A DNA stretch of 64,000 bases from an uncultured Actinomycetota bacterium (GTDB lineage Bacteria; Actinomycetota; Actinomycetes; JAFAQI01): positions 544,001 to 608,000 of the forward strand of contig CAVYQE010000002.1 in assembly GCA_963770565.1 (NCBI GenBank). The letters are read 5' to 3'. Shown here piece by piece: positions 28,406-37,966 of this stretch. Both the position numbers and the translations under genes were made by a program. Within the stretch, counting starts at the first letter, position 1. The number at the start of each line of letters is the position of its first letter. A model generated the notes under the pieces. It was given only the letters and a program-made list of their open reading frames with translations. It did no database searches and was not told where the DNA came from.

Positions 28406-29944
28406 CTACGTCGCGCAGATCACATAGACGGTGAAGTTGTGCGCCGTGCCGGAGGTGTTCGCACCCAGGACCTGCCAGCCACCTGGCGTCACCGAGGTGT
28501 CGCTGCCGACCGGGAAGGACGAACTGCCGTGGATGCTCGAGCTGTCGGCCTGCCAGCCGCCACCCGTCGCGATCGGCGTGCCGGAGGGGCAGGTCGCGAT
28601 GCCGGACGCGCTCCCGTTGCCCGCGACGGCGATCGCCGACGAGGTCTGGACGACCACGGCGCCGACACCACCCTGCGCACCGGTCGCACCCTGGGCGCCC
28701 TGTGCACCCGTGGCGCCCTGTGGACCCGCGGCGCCCTGGAAGCCCTGCCGGCCCTGGAAGCCCTGGAAGCCGGTGTTGCCCATGTCGCCCTTGGCTCCCT
28801 GGGAGCCCTGGTGACCCTGCGGGCCCTGGTTGCCTTGCGAGCCGTTGGAGCCGTTGTTGCCCTGCGGGCCGGCTGGACCTTGGAAGCCCTGCGGCCCGGC
28901 TGGACCTTGGAAGCCCTGAGCACCCTGCGCGCCGTCGTTGCCCTGAGCACCCTGGCCGCCGTCGTTGCCCTGGGCGCCCTGCGCACCGTCGTTGCCTTGT
29001 GCACCCTGCGCACCGTCGTTGCCTTGTGCACCCTGGCCGCCGTCGTTGCCTTGGGCGCCTTGCGCACCGTCGTTGCCCTGCGCGCCCTGAGCGCCGTCGT
29101 TGCCTTGGGCGCCTTGCGCACCGTCGTTGCCTTGTGCACCCTGCGCACCGTCGTTGCCTTGTGCACCCTGGCCGCCGTCGTTGCCCTGGGCGCCCTGCGC
29201 ACCGTCGTTGCCCTGCGCGCCCTGAGCGCCGTCGTTGCCCTGGGCGCCCTGCGCACCATCGTTACCCTGCGCGCCCTGGCCGCCGTCGTTGCCCTGCGCG
29301 CCCTGAGCGCCGTCGTTGCCCTGCGCACCCTGAGCGCCGTCGTTGCCCTGCGCACCCTGAGCGCCGTCGTTGCCCTGCGCACCCTGAGCGCCGTCGTTGC
29401 CCTGCGCACCCTGAGCGCCGTCGTTGCCCTGCGCACCCTGGCCGCCGTCGTTGCCCTGCGCGCCAGTTGCGCCCTGGGCGCCGTCGTTCCCCTGAGCGCC
29501 GGTTGCGCCCTGGGCGCCGTCGTTGCCCTGCGCGCCCATCGCGCCCTGAGGCCCAGCGACACCCTGCGGGCCGGCTGCGCCCTGTGGTCCGGCGCCGCCC
29601 TGGGCACCGGCCGCGCCCTGGGCGCCGTTGGATCCCGCCACGCCTTGAGCGCCGGTGGCGCCCTTCGCACCCTTGGCCCCCTTGGCCCCCTTGGGGCCTC
29701 TCACGTTCCAGGTCAGGTTTACGAAGTTCTTGGGGCAGCCGTGCTTGCGGTGCCCCTTGGCATAGACGTGGACGTCGCCGCCCTTGAGGCTGTAACAGCC
29801 GTAGATCTTGCCGTTGGCGGCCGGAATCGACGCGTTCGCCGTACCGATCCACGCTCCTGCGGCACCTGTCACGGCTACTGCCGCGGCACCGACGGCCCCG
29901 ATCTTCTTCCGACGAGTTGACCCGCGCGCGCTCGTTGCTGCCAC
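28406..29944 (-). CDS. Secreted collagen-like protein 2 (512 aa)
   Basis: Signal peptide, two-Cys N-terminal domain, ~115 Gly-X-Y triplets, C-terminal ATCPSG..ATGGG...GWQV...VYVIC domain. Confidence 0.92.
   Translation of the reverse strand: MAATSARGSTRRKKIGAVGAAAVAVTGAAGAWIGTANASIPAANGKIYGCYSLKGGDVHVYAKGHRKHGCPKNFVNLTWNVRGPKGAKGAKGAKGATGAQGVAGSNGAQGAAGAQGGAGPQGAAGPQGVAGPQGAMGAQGNDGAQGATGAQGNDGAQGATGAQGNDGGQGAQGNDGAQGAQGNDGAQGAQGNDGAQGAQGNDGAQGAQGNDGAQGAQGNDGGQGAQGNDGAQGAQGNDGAQGAQGNDGAQGAQGNDGGQGAQGNDGAQGAQGNDGAQGAQGNDGAQGAQGNDGAQGAQGNDGGQGAQGNDGAQGAQGNDGAQGAQGNDGGQGAQGNDGAQGAQGFQGPAGPQGFQGPAGPQGNNGSNGSQGNQGPQGHQGSQGAKGDMGNTGFQGFQGRQGFQGAAGPQGATGAQGAQGATGAQGGVGAVVVQTSSAIAVAGNGSASGIATCPSGTPIATGGGWQADSSSIHGSSSFPVGSDTSVTPGGWQVLGANTSGTAHNFTVYVICAT
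28916..29532 (-). repeat. 27-bp coding VNTR ([12 protein letters not shown]), about 20 copies
   Basis: Recurrent GCCGTCGTTGCCCTGCGCACCCTGAGC and variants. Confidence 0.92.
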
Positions 29945-30012
29945 AACTGCCCCTAGATCCCGAGGGCGACACCGTCGTGTGCCGCACGGGCATCAAAGCA
30001 CGGCGGTAGTGT

Positions 30013-30038
30013 TTCGGCTGGGAACAACACGGCTATCA
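30013..30038 (-). promoter_or_regulatory. Possible sigma-28 promoter of collagen-like gene 2
   Basis: Minus strand TGAT-N16-GCCGAAAC, ~70 nt upstream of the start; the -35 match is weak. Confidence 0.35.
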
Positions 30039-30168
30039 AGGTGGGCGATTCCTCCCGTTGCGTCACCGACGACCACACCGAGTTCGTGTCTGACCTAGCG
30101 ACTTCCCCGAGCTGTCCCATGGAGTCAAACGGCGTCCCCGTGACGTCCACAGCGACAGGAGATCGCCC

Positions 30169-30819
30169 GTGCTTCGCCATCCAGGCCCAGCCACCGCCCC
30201 CCGCCGTCGAACCGCCGCGTACGCCGTCGTCGCGGCCGCGCTCTTTGCGCTGGCGAGCGGCTGTGGCGGCAACAGCAGTGGCGGGCAGAAGGCGAGCCCG
30301 GGCAACCTGCTGGCGGCGGCCATCCAACTCCAACAGCAGGGCAAGCTCAACGCGGCGAAACAGCTCTATGAGCAGGTCGTCCAGGCCCAGCCGGACAACT
30401 ACTACGCGCACTACGACCTTGGCGTCATCGCCCAGCAGGCGGGTGACGACACCGGCGCCCTAGCGGACTACGGCGCGGCGCTGACCGCCAATCCCAAGTA
30501 CGTGCCGGCGCTCTACAACGAGGCCACTATCTATGCGAAGTCCGATCCGGCGTTGGCGATCTCCACCTACCGCCAGGTCCTCGCGCTTCAACCCGTTGCA
30601 CCGACGGCGGCGCTGAACCTCGGGCTGCTCGAGTTCGCCCACGGCCAACGCCAGCAAGGCCTCCACGATCTCGGCATCGCGGTCAGCCAGGACTCGTCGC
30701 TGCTCGCCCAGATCCCGAAACACCTCCAGCACCTCGTGCAGAACGCGACCGCGTCCAACTCGTCCTCCCCGTCGTCCGGCGCGACCACGTCGTCGACGCC
30801 GACGACTTCGGCCTCCTGA
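30169..30819 (+). CDS. TPR-repeat lipoprotein
   Basis: Lipobox LASGC; repeats AHYDLGVIAQQAG, ALYNEATIY, AALNLGLLE; Ser/Thr tail. Confidence 0.85.
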   Translation: MLRHPGPATAPRRRTAAYAVVAAALFALASGCGGNSSGGQKASPGNLLAAAIQLQQQGKLNAAKQLYEQVVQAQPDNYYAHYDLGVIAQQAGDDTGALADYGAALTANPKYVPALYNEATIYAKSDPALAISTYRQVLALQPVAPTAALNLGLLEFAHGQRQQGLHDLGIAVSQDSSLLAQIPKHLQHLVQNATASNSSSPSSGATTSSTPTTSAS

Positions 30820-30826
30820 GCCCGGC

Positions 30827-32077
30827 ATGCCACGCGTCTCCGTCTTCACCCCCACGCACAACTCGAGGTTCCTCGACGACTGCTTCCGCAGCTTGGTCGC
30901 GCAGTCCTTCCCGGACTGGGAATGGATCGTGCTGCTCAACGGAAAGGTCGCGACCTGGGCGCCGCCCGAGCCGGATCCCCGGGTCCGGGTCGAGCATGCG
31001 GTCGGGCGGATCCGCGGGGTCGGTGCCGCCAAGCGGGCGGCATGCGAGCTCGCGAGCGGGGACATCCTGGTCGAGCTCGACCATGACGACCGGCTGCTTC
31101 CCACCGCGCTCGCCGATGTCGTCGACGCGCTCATGACCAACCCGGGCGCCGCCCTCGTGTTCTCCGACTTCGCCCAGATCAACGACGACGGCTCGCCGAA
31201 CCACGACCGATGGAACCTCGTGAACGGCTGGGAGTACACCTCCGAGGCGATCGGCGGGACGTCGTACCTGCGCTGCCATGCGATGGCGGCGACGCCGCAC
31301 AACGTGGGCTACATCTGGTACGCGCCTAACCATGTCCGTGCGTGTCGCCGAGAGGCCTACGACAAGGTGGGCGGGTACGACCAGTCACTGACCGTTCTCG
31401 ACGACCAGGAGCTGATGATCCGGCTGTTCGAGATCGGCGACTTCGTCCACATCCCGCGCTGTCTCTATCTTCAGCGGATCCACCGACGAAACACCCAGTC
31501 CGAGTCGACCATCAACGCCGAGATCCAGGAAGGCACGGTCGAGCTCTACCGCGAGCACATCGAGTCGATGGCGCTGGCCTGGGCCCGCCGCAACGGGCTC
31601 GCCTGTCTGGCGCTAACCACTCCGACCAACATCGGCGAGATCGATCTCGACGAGCGCTTCGTCCGGATCATGATCGACCCGCTCAACCCCCGGTTCGACG
31701 TGCCCGACAGTGCCATTGGCGTGATCAAGGCGATCGACATCCTGCAGCGGATCCCCGACCGCGCGCAATTCCTCAACGAAACGCACCGCGCGATGGCGCA
31801 CGCCGCGGTGTTGCTGACCGACACCGCGAGCACCGATGGGCGAGGCGCCTTCCAGGATCCGAGTCATGTCGCGTTCTACAACGAGAACAGCTTCATGTAC
31901 CTCACTCAGGCTTCGCTGCGCCCGGCCATCCCGACGCTGCGCACACGGTGGCAGATGAGCCACCTCACGACGTACTACCCGTCACAGGTGCACGAGGACA
32001 TCGACATCCCGTACGTGAAGGCGAACATGTTGCCGGTAAAGGACGGTCCGCGACAAGGCGGCCCATTGCTGTGCTGA
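30827..32077 (+). CDS. GT2 glycosyltransferase/methyltransferase-like fusion, paralogue 2 (SAM motif I degenerate)
   Basis: Colinear with 27015-28283 (VELDHDD, YIWYAPNHVRA, STDGRGAFQDP.HVAFYNENSF, KDGPRQGGPLL), but CLDLGA is replaced by CLALTT. Confidence 0.88.
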   Translation: MPRVSVFTPTHNSRFLDDCFRSLVAQSFPDWEWIVLLNGKVATWAPPEPDPRVRVEHAVGRIRGVGAAKRAACELASGDILVELDHDDRLLPTALADVVDALMTNPGAALVFSDFAQINDDGSPNHDRWNLVNGWEYTSEAIGGTSYLRCHAMAATPHNVGYIWYAPNHVRACRREAYDKVGGYDQSLTVLDDQELMIRLFEIGDFVHIPRCLYLQRIHRRNTQSESTINAEIQEGTVELYREHIESMALAWARRNGLACLALTTPTNIGEIDLDERFVRIMIDPLNPRFDVPDSAIGVIKAIDILQRIPDRAQFLNETHRAMAHAAVLLTDTASTDGRGAFQDPSHVAFYNENSFMYLTQASLRPAIPTLRTRWQMSHLTTYYPSQVHEDIDIPYVKANMLPVKDGPRQGGPLLC

Positions 32078-32085
32078 GCCGCCAG

Positions 32086-32250
32086 CTACTGCACCGCGCG
32101 ACTCGAGTCCGGTCGTTCGGACGCGATGATGCCGGTGCTGTCCGGGCCGTTCGGCGCGGTCAGGTCGATCAACAGCGAGAGTGGAACACCTGCGGCGAGT
32201 AGTCGCATCGCGACGCTCTGCCGCGACCTTGGCCCACTCGGCTCACTCAC
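32086..32250 (-). CDS. Small hypothetical protein (~54 aa)
   Basis: Fills the gap downstream of rmlC; protein-like VAMRLLAAGVPLSLLIDL..P.GPDS..I...E; start uncertain. Confidence 0.55.
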   Translation of the reverse strand: MSEPSGPRSRQSVAMRLLAAGVPLSLLIDLTAPNGPDSTGIIASERPDSSRAVQ

Positions 32251-32340
32251 ATCATTCGTATCGAGCGGCATCCGGGTGATCGAAACGGCCGTACGGCGCA
32301 ACGCCGCTGCGGCGACCGAGTGACGTTGTCCGCCGATCGG

Positions 32341-32940
32341 CTAACGAAGGTCGTCGTACCTGGCCAGACATGCTTCGTAGCGCGGCAACATGCCCACCTT
32401 GATCGCCTGTTCGAGGGTTGGCGCTTCGCGATCCTTGTCCGACATCAACAGCTCGTCGACGGGTCCGGGTAGCGGCAGCCCGAGAGCGGGATCTGCAGGG
32501 GAAATGGCGTGCTCCGCGGCGGGGTCGTACGCCGTCGACACCAGGTACGTCGCCGAGCTCCCGTCCTGCAAGCTGCACAGGACGTGCCCAAGACCCTCGG
32601 AGATGAACACTGCCTGGCGGTGAACGCTGTCGAGGTGAACCGTGTCCACTGCCCCGAACGTCGGAGACCCGACCCGGAGGTCGACGACGATGTCGAGGAA
32701 GGCGCCGACCGGGCAATAGACGTACTTCGCCTGCCCGGGCGGGACATCGGCGAAGTGCACACCCCGCACCACTCCCGCGCGGGACACCGAGTGGTTGGCC
32801 TGGATGATGTCGAACTGTCGGCCGCTGGCCGCGGCCAGCAGATCGGCGCGAAACCACTCGGCGAACGACCCCCGGTCGTCCGCATGCGCCGTCGGCGAGC
32901 AGACCCACGCGCCCGGGATCGAGAGCGGCTCGACCTTCAT
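32341..32940 (-). CDS. rmlC: dTDP-4-dehydrorhamnose 3,5-epimerase
   Basis: [40 protein letters not shown]. Confidence 0.96.
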   Translation of the reverse strand: MKVEPLSIPGAWVCSPTAHADDRGSFAEWFRADLLAAASGRQFDIIQANHSVSRAGVVRGVHFADVPPGQAKYVYCPVGAFLDIVVDLRVGSPTFGAVDTVHLDSVHRQAVFISEGLGHVLCSLQDGSSATYLVSTAYDPAAEHAISPADPALGLPLPGPVDELLMSDKDREAPTLEQAIKVGMLPRYEACLARYDDLR

Positions 32941-33818
32941 CGGACCCGATCGTCGCCGGCCGACACCAACGACAGCAGGTAGTCGCCGTACCCGCTCTTG
33001 GCCAGTGCGTGGCCGTGGGCGCGGAGCTCGTCGTCGGTGAGCCAGCCGTTGCGCCAGGCGATCTCCTCCGGACAGCCGATCTTGAGGCCCTGCCGCTCCT
33101 CGACCACCCGTACGAACTCCGACGCCTGGACGAGGCTCGCGAACGTTCCGGTGTCGAGCCAGGCGGTGCCCCGCGGAAGCACGCTGACGTGCAGCCGCCC
33201 TTGCCGAAGGTAAGCGTCGTTCACGGCCGTGATCTCGATCTCGCCGCGTGCGCTCGGCTTCAGAGAGCCGGCGATCTCCACGACGTCGGCCGAATAGAAG
33301 TAGAGCCCGGGGACGGCGTATGAGCTCCGGGGCTGCTGAGGCTTCTCCTCGATCGAGACCACCTGGCCTTGCGGGTCGAACTCGACCACGCCGTAGTCCG
33401 ACGGCGTCGCGACCTGGTAGGCGAAGATGTGGCCGCCGTCCAGACCGGCCAGCCTGGCGAGCTGCGAGCCGAGGCCCGATCCGTAGAAGATGTTGTCCCC
33501 GAGGACCAGCGCGACCGGCTCGGTTCCGATGAAGTCCGCACCGATCGTGAACGCCTGCGCCAACCCCTTCGGCTCGGGTTGCACGGCGTAGGTCACCTCG
33601 ATGCCGAAGTCCGAGCCGTCGCGCAGCAGCCGCCGGAACTGCTCGGCGTCCTCCGGCGTGGTGATGACGAGGACCTCCCGGATGCCGGCCATCATCAGCG
33701 TCGCAAGCGGGTAATAGACCATCGGCTTGTCATAGACCGGGAGCAGCTGCTTCGACAGCGCCCGGGTGATCGGCCAGAGCCGTGAGCCGGTGCCACCGGC
33801 GAGAACGATCCCTTTCAT
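32937..33818 (-). CDS. rmlA: Glucose-1-phosphate thymidylyltransferase
   Basis: [46 protein letters not shown]. Confidence 0.97.
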   Translation of the reverse strand: MKGIVLAGGTGSRLWPITRALSKQLLPVYDKPMVYYPLATLMMAGIREVLVITTPEDAEQFRRLLRDGSDFGIEVTYAVQPEPKGLAQAFTIGADFIGTEPVALVLGDNIFYGSGLGSQLARLAGLDGGHIFAYQVATPSDYGVVEFDPQGQVVSIEEKPQQPRSSYAVPGLYFYSADVVEIAGSLKPSARGEIEITAVNDAYLRQGRLHVSVLPRGTAWLDTGTFASLVQASEFVRVVEERQGLKIGCPEEIAWRNGWLTDDELRAHGHALAKSGYGDYLLSLVSAGDDRVR

Positions 33819-33863
33819 CAGACGATGACCGTATCCAAGTCCGGCGTCACATACCCTTTCGAC

Positions 33864-34844
33864 GTGCGACTTCTCGTCACTGGCGGCGCCGGTTTCATCG
33901 GGTCGCACTTCGTGCGGGCCCTGCTTGCCGACGACTACCCGGCTTATCGCGGCGCCGGGGTGACCGTCTACGACAAGCTGACGTACGCCGGCAACCTGGC
34001 CAATCTCGCGTCCGTCGCCGACAATCCGCGCTTCACCTTCGTCAAGGGCGACATCCTCGACTCGGGGCTGCTCGACGAGGTGCTTCCCGGCCACGATGCG
34101 GTGCTGAACTTCGCGGCCGAGTCCCACGTCGACCGGTCGATCGCCGGTGCCGCGGACTTCGTCACGACCAACGTGGTCGGCGTCCAGACCCTGCTCGATG
34201 CCTGCTTGCGCGCGGGCACTCCCCGGGTGCTTCAGGTCTCGACCGACGAGGTCTACGGCTCGATCGCCTCGGGGGCGTTCCGCGAGTCCGACCGACTCGA
34301 GCCCAATTCGCCGTACTCGGCGGCGAAAGCCGGCGGTGACCTGATCGCCCGCTCCTACGTCGTGACCCACGCGCTTGATGTCGTGATCACTCGCTGCACG
34401 AACAACTACGGGCCGTACCAGTTCCCCGAAAAGGTCATCCCGCTGTTCGTCACCAACCTGCTCGACGGGCTGTCCGTGCCGTTGTACGGCGACGGGCTCA
34501 ACATCCGCGACTGGCTGCACGTCGACGACCACTGCCGGGGCATCGCTCTCGTGCTCGAAGGTGGCCGCACCGGCGAGACCTACAACATCGCCGGCGGAGT
34601 CGAGCTGACCAACCGCGAGCTGACCGAGCGGCTCCTCACCGCCTGCGACCGGGACTGGTCGTCGGTGGAGCCGGTCGAGGACCGCAAGGGCCACGATCGC
34701 CGTTACTCCCTGGACGACACGAAGCTGCACGAAGAGCTGGGCTACTCGCCACGGACGAACTTCGACGCCGGGCTGGCCGCCACCGTGCAGTGGTACCGCG
34801 ACAACGAGGCGTGGTGGCGTCCGCTCAAACACGTGGTCTCGTGA
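33864..34844 (+). CDS. rmlB: dTDP-glucose 4,6-dehydratase
   Basis: [47 protein letters not shown]. Confidence 0.97.
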   Translation: MRLLVTGGAGFIGSHFVRALLADDYPAYRGAGVTVYDKLTYAGNLANLASVADNPRFTFVKGDILDSGLLDEVLPGHDAVLNFAAESHVDRSIAGAADFVTTNVVGVQTLLDACLRAGTPRVLQVSTDEVYGSIASGAFRESDRLEPNSPYSAAKAGGDLIARSYVVTHALDVVITRCTNNYGPYQFPEKVIPLFVTNLLDGLSVPLYGDGLNIRDWLHVDDHCRGIALVLEGGRTGETYNIAGGVELTNRELTERLLTACDRDWSSVEPVEDRKGHDRRYSLDDTKLHEELGYSPRTNFDAGLAATVQWYRDNEAWWRPLKHVVS

Positions 34845-35698
34845 CCCGCTGGCTGGTTACCGGGGCCGGTGGGCAGCTCGGCACCGACGTCATGGCGGTG
34901 CTCGGTGCTCAGGAAGCGGATGCACGCGGTTTCGACCGAGCCACCTTCGACATCGCCGACCCTGACGCGGTCGAGGTGACGCTTTCGGCCGTGGCGCCCA
35001 CCGTCGTCGTCAACTGCGCGGCCTACACGGCGGTCGACGCTGCGGAGGCCGACGAGTCCGCTGCCACCGTGGTAAACGGCGAGGCGCCGGGCAACCTGGC
35101 CCGGTGGTGCGCGGCACATCGGGCGCGCTTCATCCAGGTCTCAACCGACTACGTTTTCGCGGGCGATGCCACGATGCCGTACGAGGTCGACCACCCGACC
35201 GATCCGGGCTCGGCGTATGGCCGGTCGAAACTGGCTGGCGAACGAGCCACTGTCGCCGCCGGCGGTGACGCGCACGTCGTACGGACCGCCTGGGTGTACG
35301 GCGCCACCGGCTCGAACTTCGTGAAGACGATCGCGCGGCTCGCGCGCGAGCAGGAAACGCTTCGCGTCGTCGACGACCAGATCGGCTCGCCCACCTGGTC
35401 CTACCAGTTGGCGGCCGCACTGGTCGCGCTCGGCCTCGCCCCGGTCGAGCCCGGGATCTGGCACTGCTCCGGCGCGGGCCAGACCTCGTGGTACGGCCTG
35501 GCCGGTGCGATCTTCAGTGAGCTCGGGCTCGATCCGGCCCGGATCACGCCCACGACCACCGCCGAGTTTCCCCGGCGCGCGCCGCGGCCGGCGTACTCGG
35601 TGCTGTCCAACCGCAAGTGGCTGGCGGCCGGGCTTCCCGGACTGCCGCCATGGCGCGACGCCCTCCACGAAGCGCTCGCCAGCGGCCTGACCGGCTGA
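34841..35698 (+). CDS. rmlD: dTDP-4-dehydrorhamnose reductase
   Basis: [47 protein letters not shown]. Confidence 0.96.
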   Translation: MTRWLVTGAGGQLGTDVMAVLGAQEADARGFDRATFDIADPDAVEVTLSAVAPTVVVNCAAYTAVDAAEADESAATVVNGEAPGNLARWCAAHRARFIQVSTDYVFAGDATMPYEVDHPTDPGSAYGRSKLAGERATVAAGGDAHVVRTAWVYGATGSNFVKTIARLAREQETLRVVDDQIGSPTWSYQLAAALVALGLAPVEPGIWHCSGAGQTSWYGLAGAIFSELGLDPARITPTTTAEFPRRAPRPAYSVLSNRKWLAAGLPGLPPWRDALHEALASGLTG

Positions 35699-35728
35699 CC
35701 GACCGGCCCGGCTGACCGACCCCACCAA

Positions 35729-35933
35729 TGGCCCATGGGTGGGGCGATAGCCACACCGGTAGCCCATGAGGTGGGGCGATAGCCACACCGGTGGCCCATA
35801 GGTGGGGCGATAGCCACACCGGTGGCCCATAGCGTGGGGCGATAGCCACACCGGTGGCCCATAGCGTGGGGCGATAGCCACACCGGTGGCCCATGCGTGG
35901 GGCGATAGCCACACCGGTGGCCCATGCGTGGGG
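35729..35933. repeat. 31-32-bp tandem palindromic repeat array, 6.5 copies
   Basis: TGGCCCAT(2-3 variable nt)GTGGGGCGATAGCCACACCGG units at 35729, 35760, 35792, 35823, 35855, 35887, 35918 (partial); between convergent genes. Confidence 0.93.
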
Positions 35934-35954
35934 TTCGGCCCGGGGGCGGGTGAG

Positions 35955-37469
35955 CTAGTAGGCGCCGTCGTTGCGAACGATGGCGAACAGCGTCTTCCAG
36001 ATGATCATCGCGTCGAGCGCGAACGACCAGTTCTCCACGTAGTAGAGATCAAGCCGGACGCTGTCGTCCCAACTCAGGTTGGACCGGCCGGACACCTGCC
36101 ACAGCCCGGTGATTCCGGGCCGGACCAGCAGCCGGCGGGCCACCTCGGTGCCGTACTGTGCGACCTCGCCCGGCAGCGGTGGGCGCGGCCCGACCAAGGC
36201 CATGTCGCCCCGGACGACGTTCCAAAGCTGGGGCACTTCGTCGAGCGACCACTTGCGCAGCAGCCGACCCACCCGCGTGACGCGTGGGTCCTCGCGGATC
36301 TTGAACAGCAGCCCATCGGCCAGCTCGTTCTGCTCGCGCAATGAGTCGAGCAACGACTCCGCATCGGCCCGCATCGTCCGGATCTTGTAGACGGTGAACT
36401 CCCGGCCGTTCTTCCCGACCCTGGTCTGGCGGAACAACGGCGCACCGTGGCTGTCGATCCGCACGATGATCGCCAGCATGATCAACAGCGGCAGCACGAG
36501 CAGGAACGCCGCGGTCGCGCACAGCCACTCGACGGTCGCCTTCAGCAGCTGGCGCGGGCCGGACAGCTCCGGCTCCTCGACGTGCAGAAGGGGCAGGCCG
36601 GCCACCGGGCGAACGCTGATCCGCGGCCCGGCCACGTCGAGCAGCGCGGGCGCGGCGATCAAGGAGACGCCGGTGCTCTCGAGCTCCCACGACAGCCGCC
36701 GCAACACCGCAGGCGACATGCCCGGCCCGGAGGCGACGGCGACCGTGTCTGCACCGGCCTCGGCCACTGCAGTCAGCACCTGGGTCAACGAGCCAAGCAC
36801 CGGAAGGTCTGGGACGACGAGCGCCTCGCTCGAGGTCGGCATGCACGCGCCCACGAGGGTGTATCCAACGTACGGGTCGTGGCTGAGCTGATCGGCGAGG
36901 TCACGAATCCCCTCGACGCCCCCGACCACGAGCACCCGGTGCATATAGCCGCCTTTGCGCCGTCGGGCATGCAGCCAACGGCGCTGGGCGTACCGGCCGA
37001 AGAGGAGCAAGGCGGTGCCGACCGGAAGCGCGATCGCGACGTAGCCCCGGGCCAGGTCGATCTTGAAGGTGTAGGCGACCACTGCCAGCACCGCCATCAG
37101 GCGAAGTGACGCACCGCTCACCCGCTTGAACTCGTCGGCACCGGTGCCGAGGAAGGGCATCTCATAGGCGCGCGCAATCACCAGCGCGCCGATCCAGACC
37201 GGTACGAGCAGCACTGAGAGCATCGGATAGGACAGACCACTCACGTGGTCATCGGCACTGCCAAACCGGACGTACAACGCAAGCAGCATGCTGCCGAGAA
37301 TGATGAGGAAATCGACCGCAACGACCATCGCGAGATAACGGCGCTGCCAGATGTCGACCGGCCGCTGTCGCTCACCAGTCTCACGTTGGAGCAGGTTCCG
37401 AACAGCGGGGGTCAAATCGGGCGCGGCCGAGCCGCTTTCGGCAGCCAGCGTCACGCGTTGTCCCCACAT
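35955..37469 (-). CDS. Polyprenyl glycosylphosphotransferase (WcaJ/WbaP-type priming glycosyltransferase)
   Basis: N-terminal TM helices, CoA-binding-like middle domain, KIRTM, DPRVTRVG.LLRKWSLDEVPQ.WNV.RGDM.LVGPRP, PGITGLWQV.GR, LDLYYVENWS. Confidence 0.95.
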   Translation of the reverse strand: MWGQRVTLAAESGSAAPDLTPAVRNLLQRETGERQRPVDIWQRRYLAMVVAVDFLIILGSMLLALYVRFGSADDHVSGLSYPMLSVLLVPVWIGALVIARAYEMPFLGTGADEFKRVSGASLRLMAVLAVVAYTFKIDLARGYVAIALPVGTALLLFGRYAQRRWLHARRRKGGYMHRVLVVGGVEGIRDLADQLSHDPYVGYTLVGACMPTSSEALVVPDLPVLGSLTQVLTAVAEAGADTVAVASGPGMSPAVLRRLSWELESTGVSLIAAPALLDVAGPRISVRPVAGLPLLHVEEPELSGPRQLLKATVEWLCATAAFLLVLPLLIMLAIIVRIDSHGAPLFRQTRVGKNGREFTVYKIRTMRADAESLLDSLREQNELADGLLFKIREDPRVTRVGRLLRKWSLDEVPQLWNVVRGDMALVGPRPPLPGEVAQYGTEVARRLLVRPGITGLWQVSGRSNLSWDDSVRLDLYYVENWSFALDAMIIWKTLFAIVRNDGAY

Positions 37470-37600
37470 TCTCAAAGGAGCCGCTCCAGGTTAGGGCGCG
37501 TTCAATCGCCTGTCAGCCCCTATCCCAAGCCGGGCCTTGACCACGCCCGTGCGCGCGGGGTCGCGGCGACGTCCGGGACAGGTTTCCGTTCGGTAAATGC

Positions 37601-37626
37601 ATCGGCATTCCGGCGCGGAAGGCTTA
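37601..37626 (-). promoter_or_regulatory. Putative sigma-28 promoter of the priming glycosyltransferase
   Basis: Minus strand TAAG-N16-GCCGAT, close to the canonical TAAA-N15/16-GCCGAT. Confidence 0.55.
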
Positions 37627-37636
37627 GGCTTCCCCC

Positions 37637-37833
37637 ACACGAGAAAGGAGGTGGTCCACACTTTGAGTACACGTTGGACTCGTGAGGTGACCGTCCGCTA
37701 GACGCCGTCTTCGGACTCGTTGTGAGACAAGCTCGGACGCACGGCGTCCGGCAAATCCCTCGACGGTTACTGCGCCCCCGGGCAGCCGGCCCGTCCAGCC
37801 GGCAACCGCGCTCACACAGTGAGCGACCGGTTA
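37637..37833 (+). ncRNA. Candidate structured small RNA carrying a 12-codon ORF
   Basis: TAGGCT -10 (37625-37630), AAAGGAGGTG SD, stems GACGCCGT/ACGGCGTC, GCCGGC/GCCGGC and CGCTCAC/GTGAGCG; no downstream plus-strand gene. Confidence 0.5.
37663..37701 (+). CDS. Putative micro-peptide MSTRWTREVTVR
   Basis: Near-perfect SD AAAGGAGGTG 9 nt upstream of a TTG; TAG at 37699-37701. Confidence 0.5.
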   Translation: MSTRWTREVTVR

Positions 37834-37835
37834 AT

Positions 37836-37962
37836 GCCCGGGGGCACTTTCATGGGCGGCACTTCAATGTGCAGAGCCCGGGGGCACTTTCACGGGCGGC
37901 ACTTCAATGTGTTGAGCCCGCGGGCAGTCTCATGTGCGGCGCTTCGATGTCCAAAGCCCGGG
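37836..37962. repeat. 40-bp tandem repeat, 3+ copies
   Basis: GCCCGGGGGCACTTTCA(T/C)GGGCGGCACTTCAATGTG units at 37836, 37876, 37916 (degenerate), 37956 (partial). Confidence 0.88.
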
Positions 37963-37966
37963 CTGC

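Noticed and set aside
26109-28700. Diversity-generating retroelement acting on collagen C-termini
   Set aside because: No reverse transcriptase, no near-identical template/variable repeat pair, and the differences are indels rather than adenine-specific substitutions.
28406-29944. Prophage tail fibre
   Set aside because: The protein has a signal peptide and there are no phage genes or integrase nearby.
35729-35933. CRISPR array
   Set aside because: No unique spacers (only 2-3 variable nt) and no cas genes in the window.
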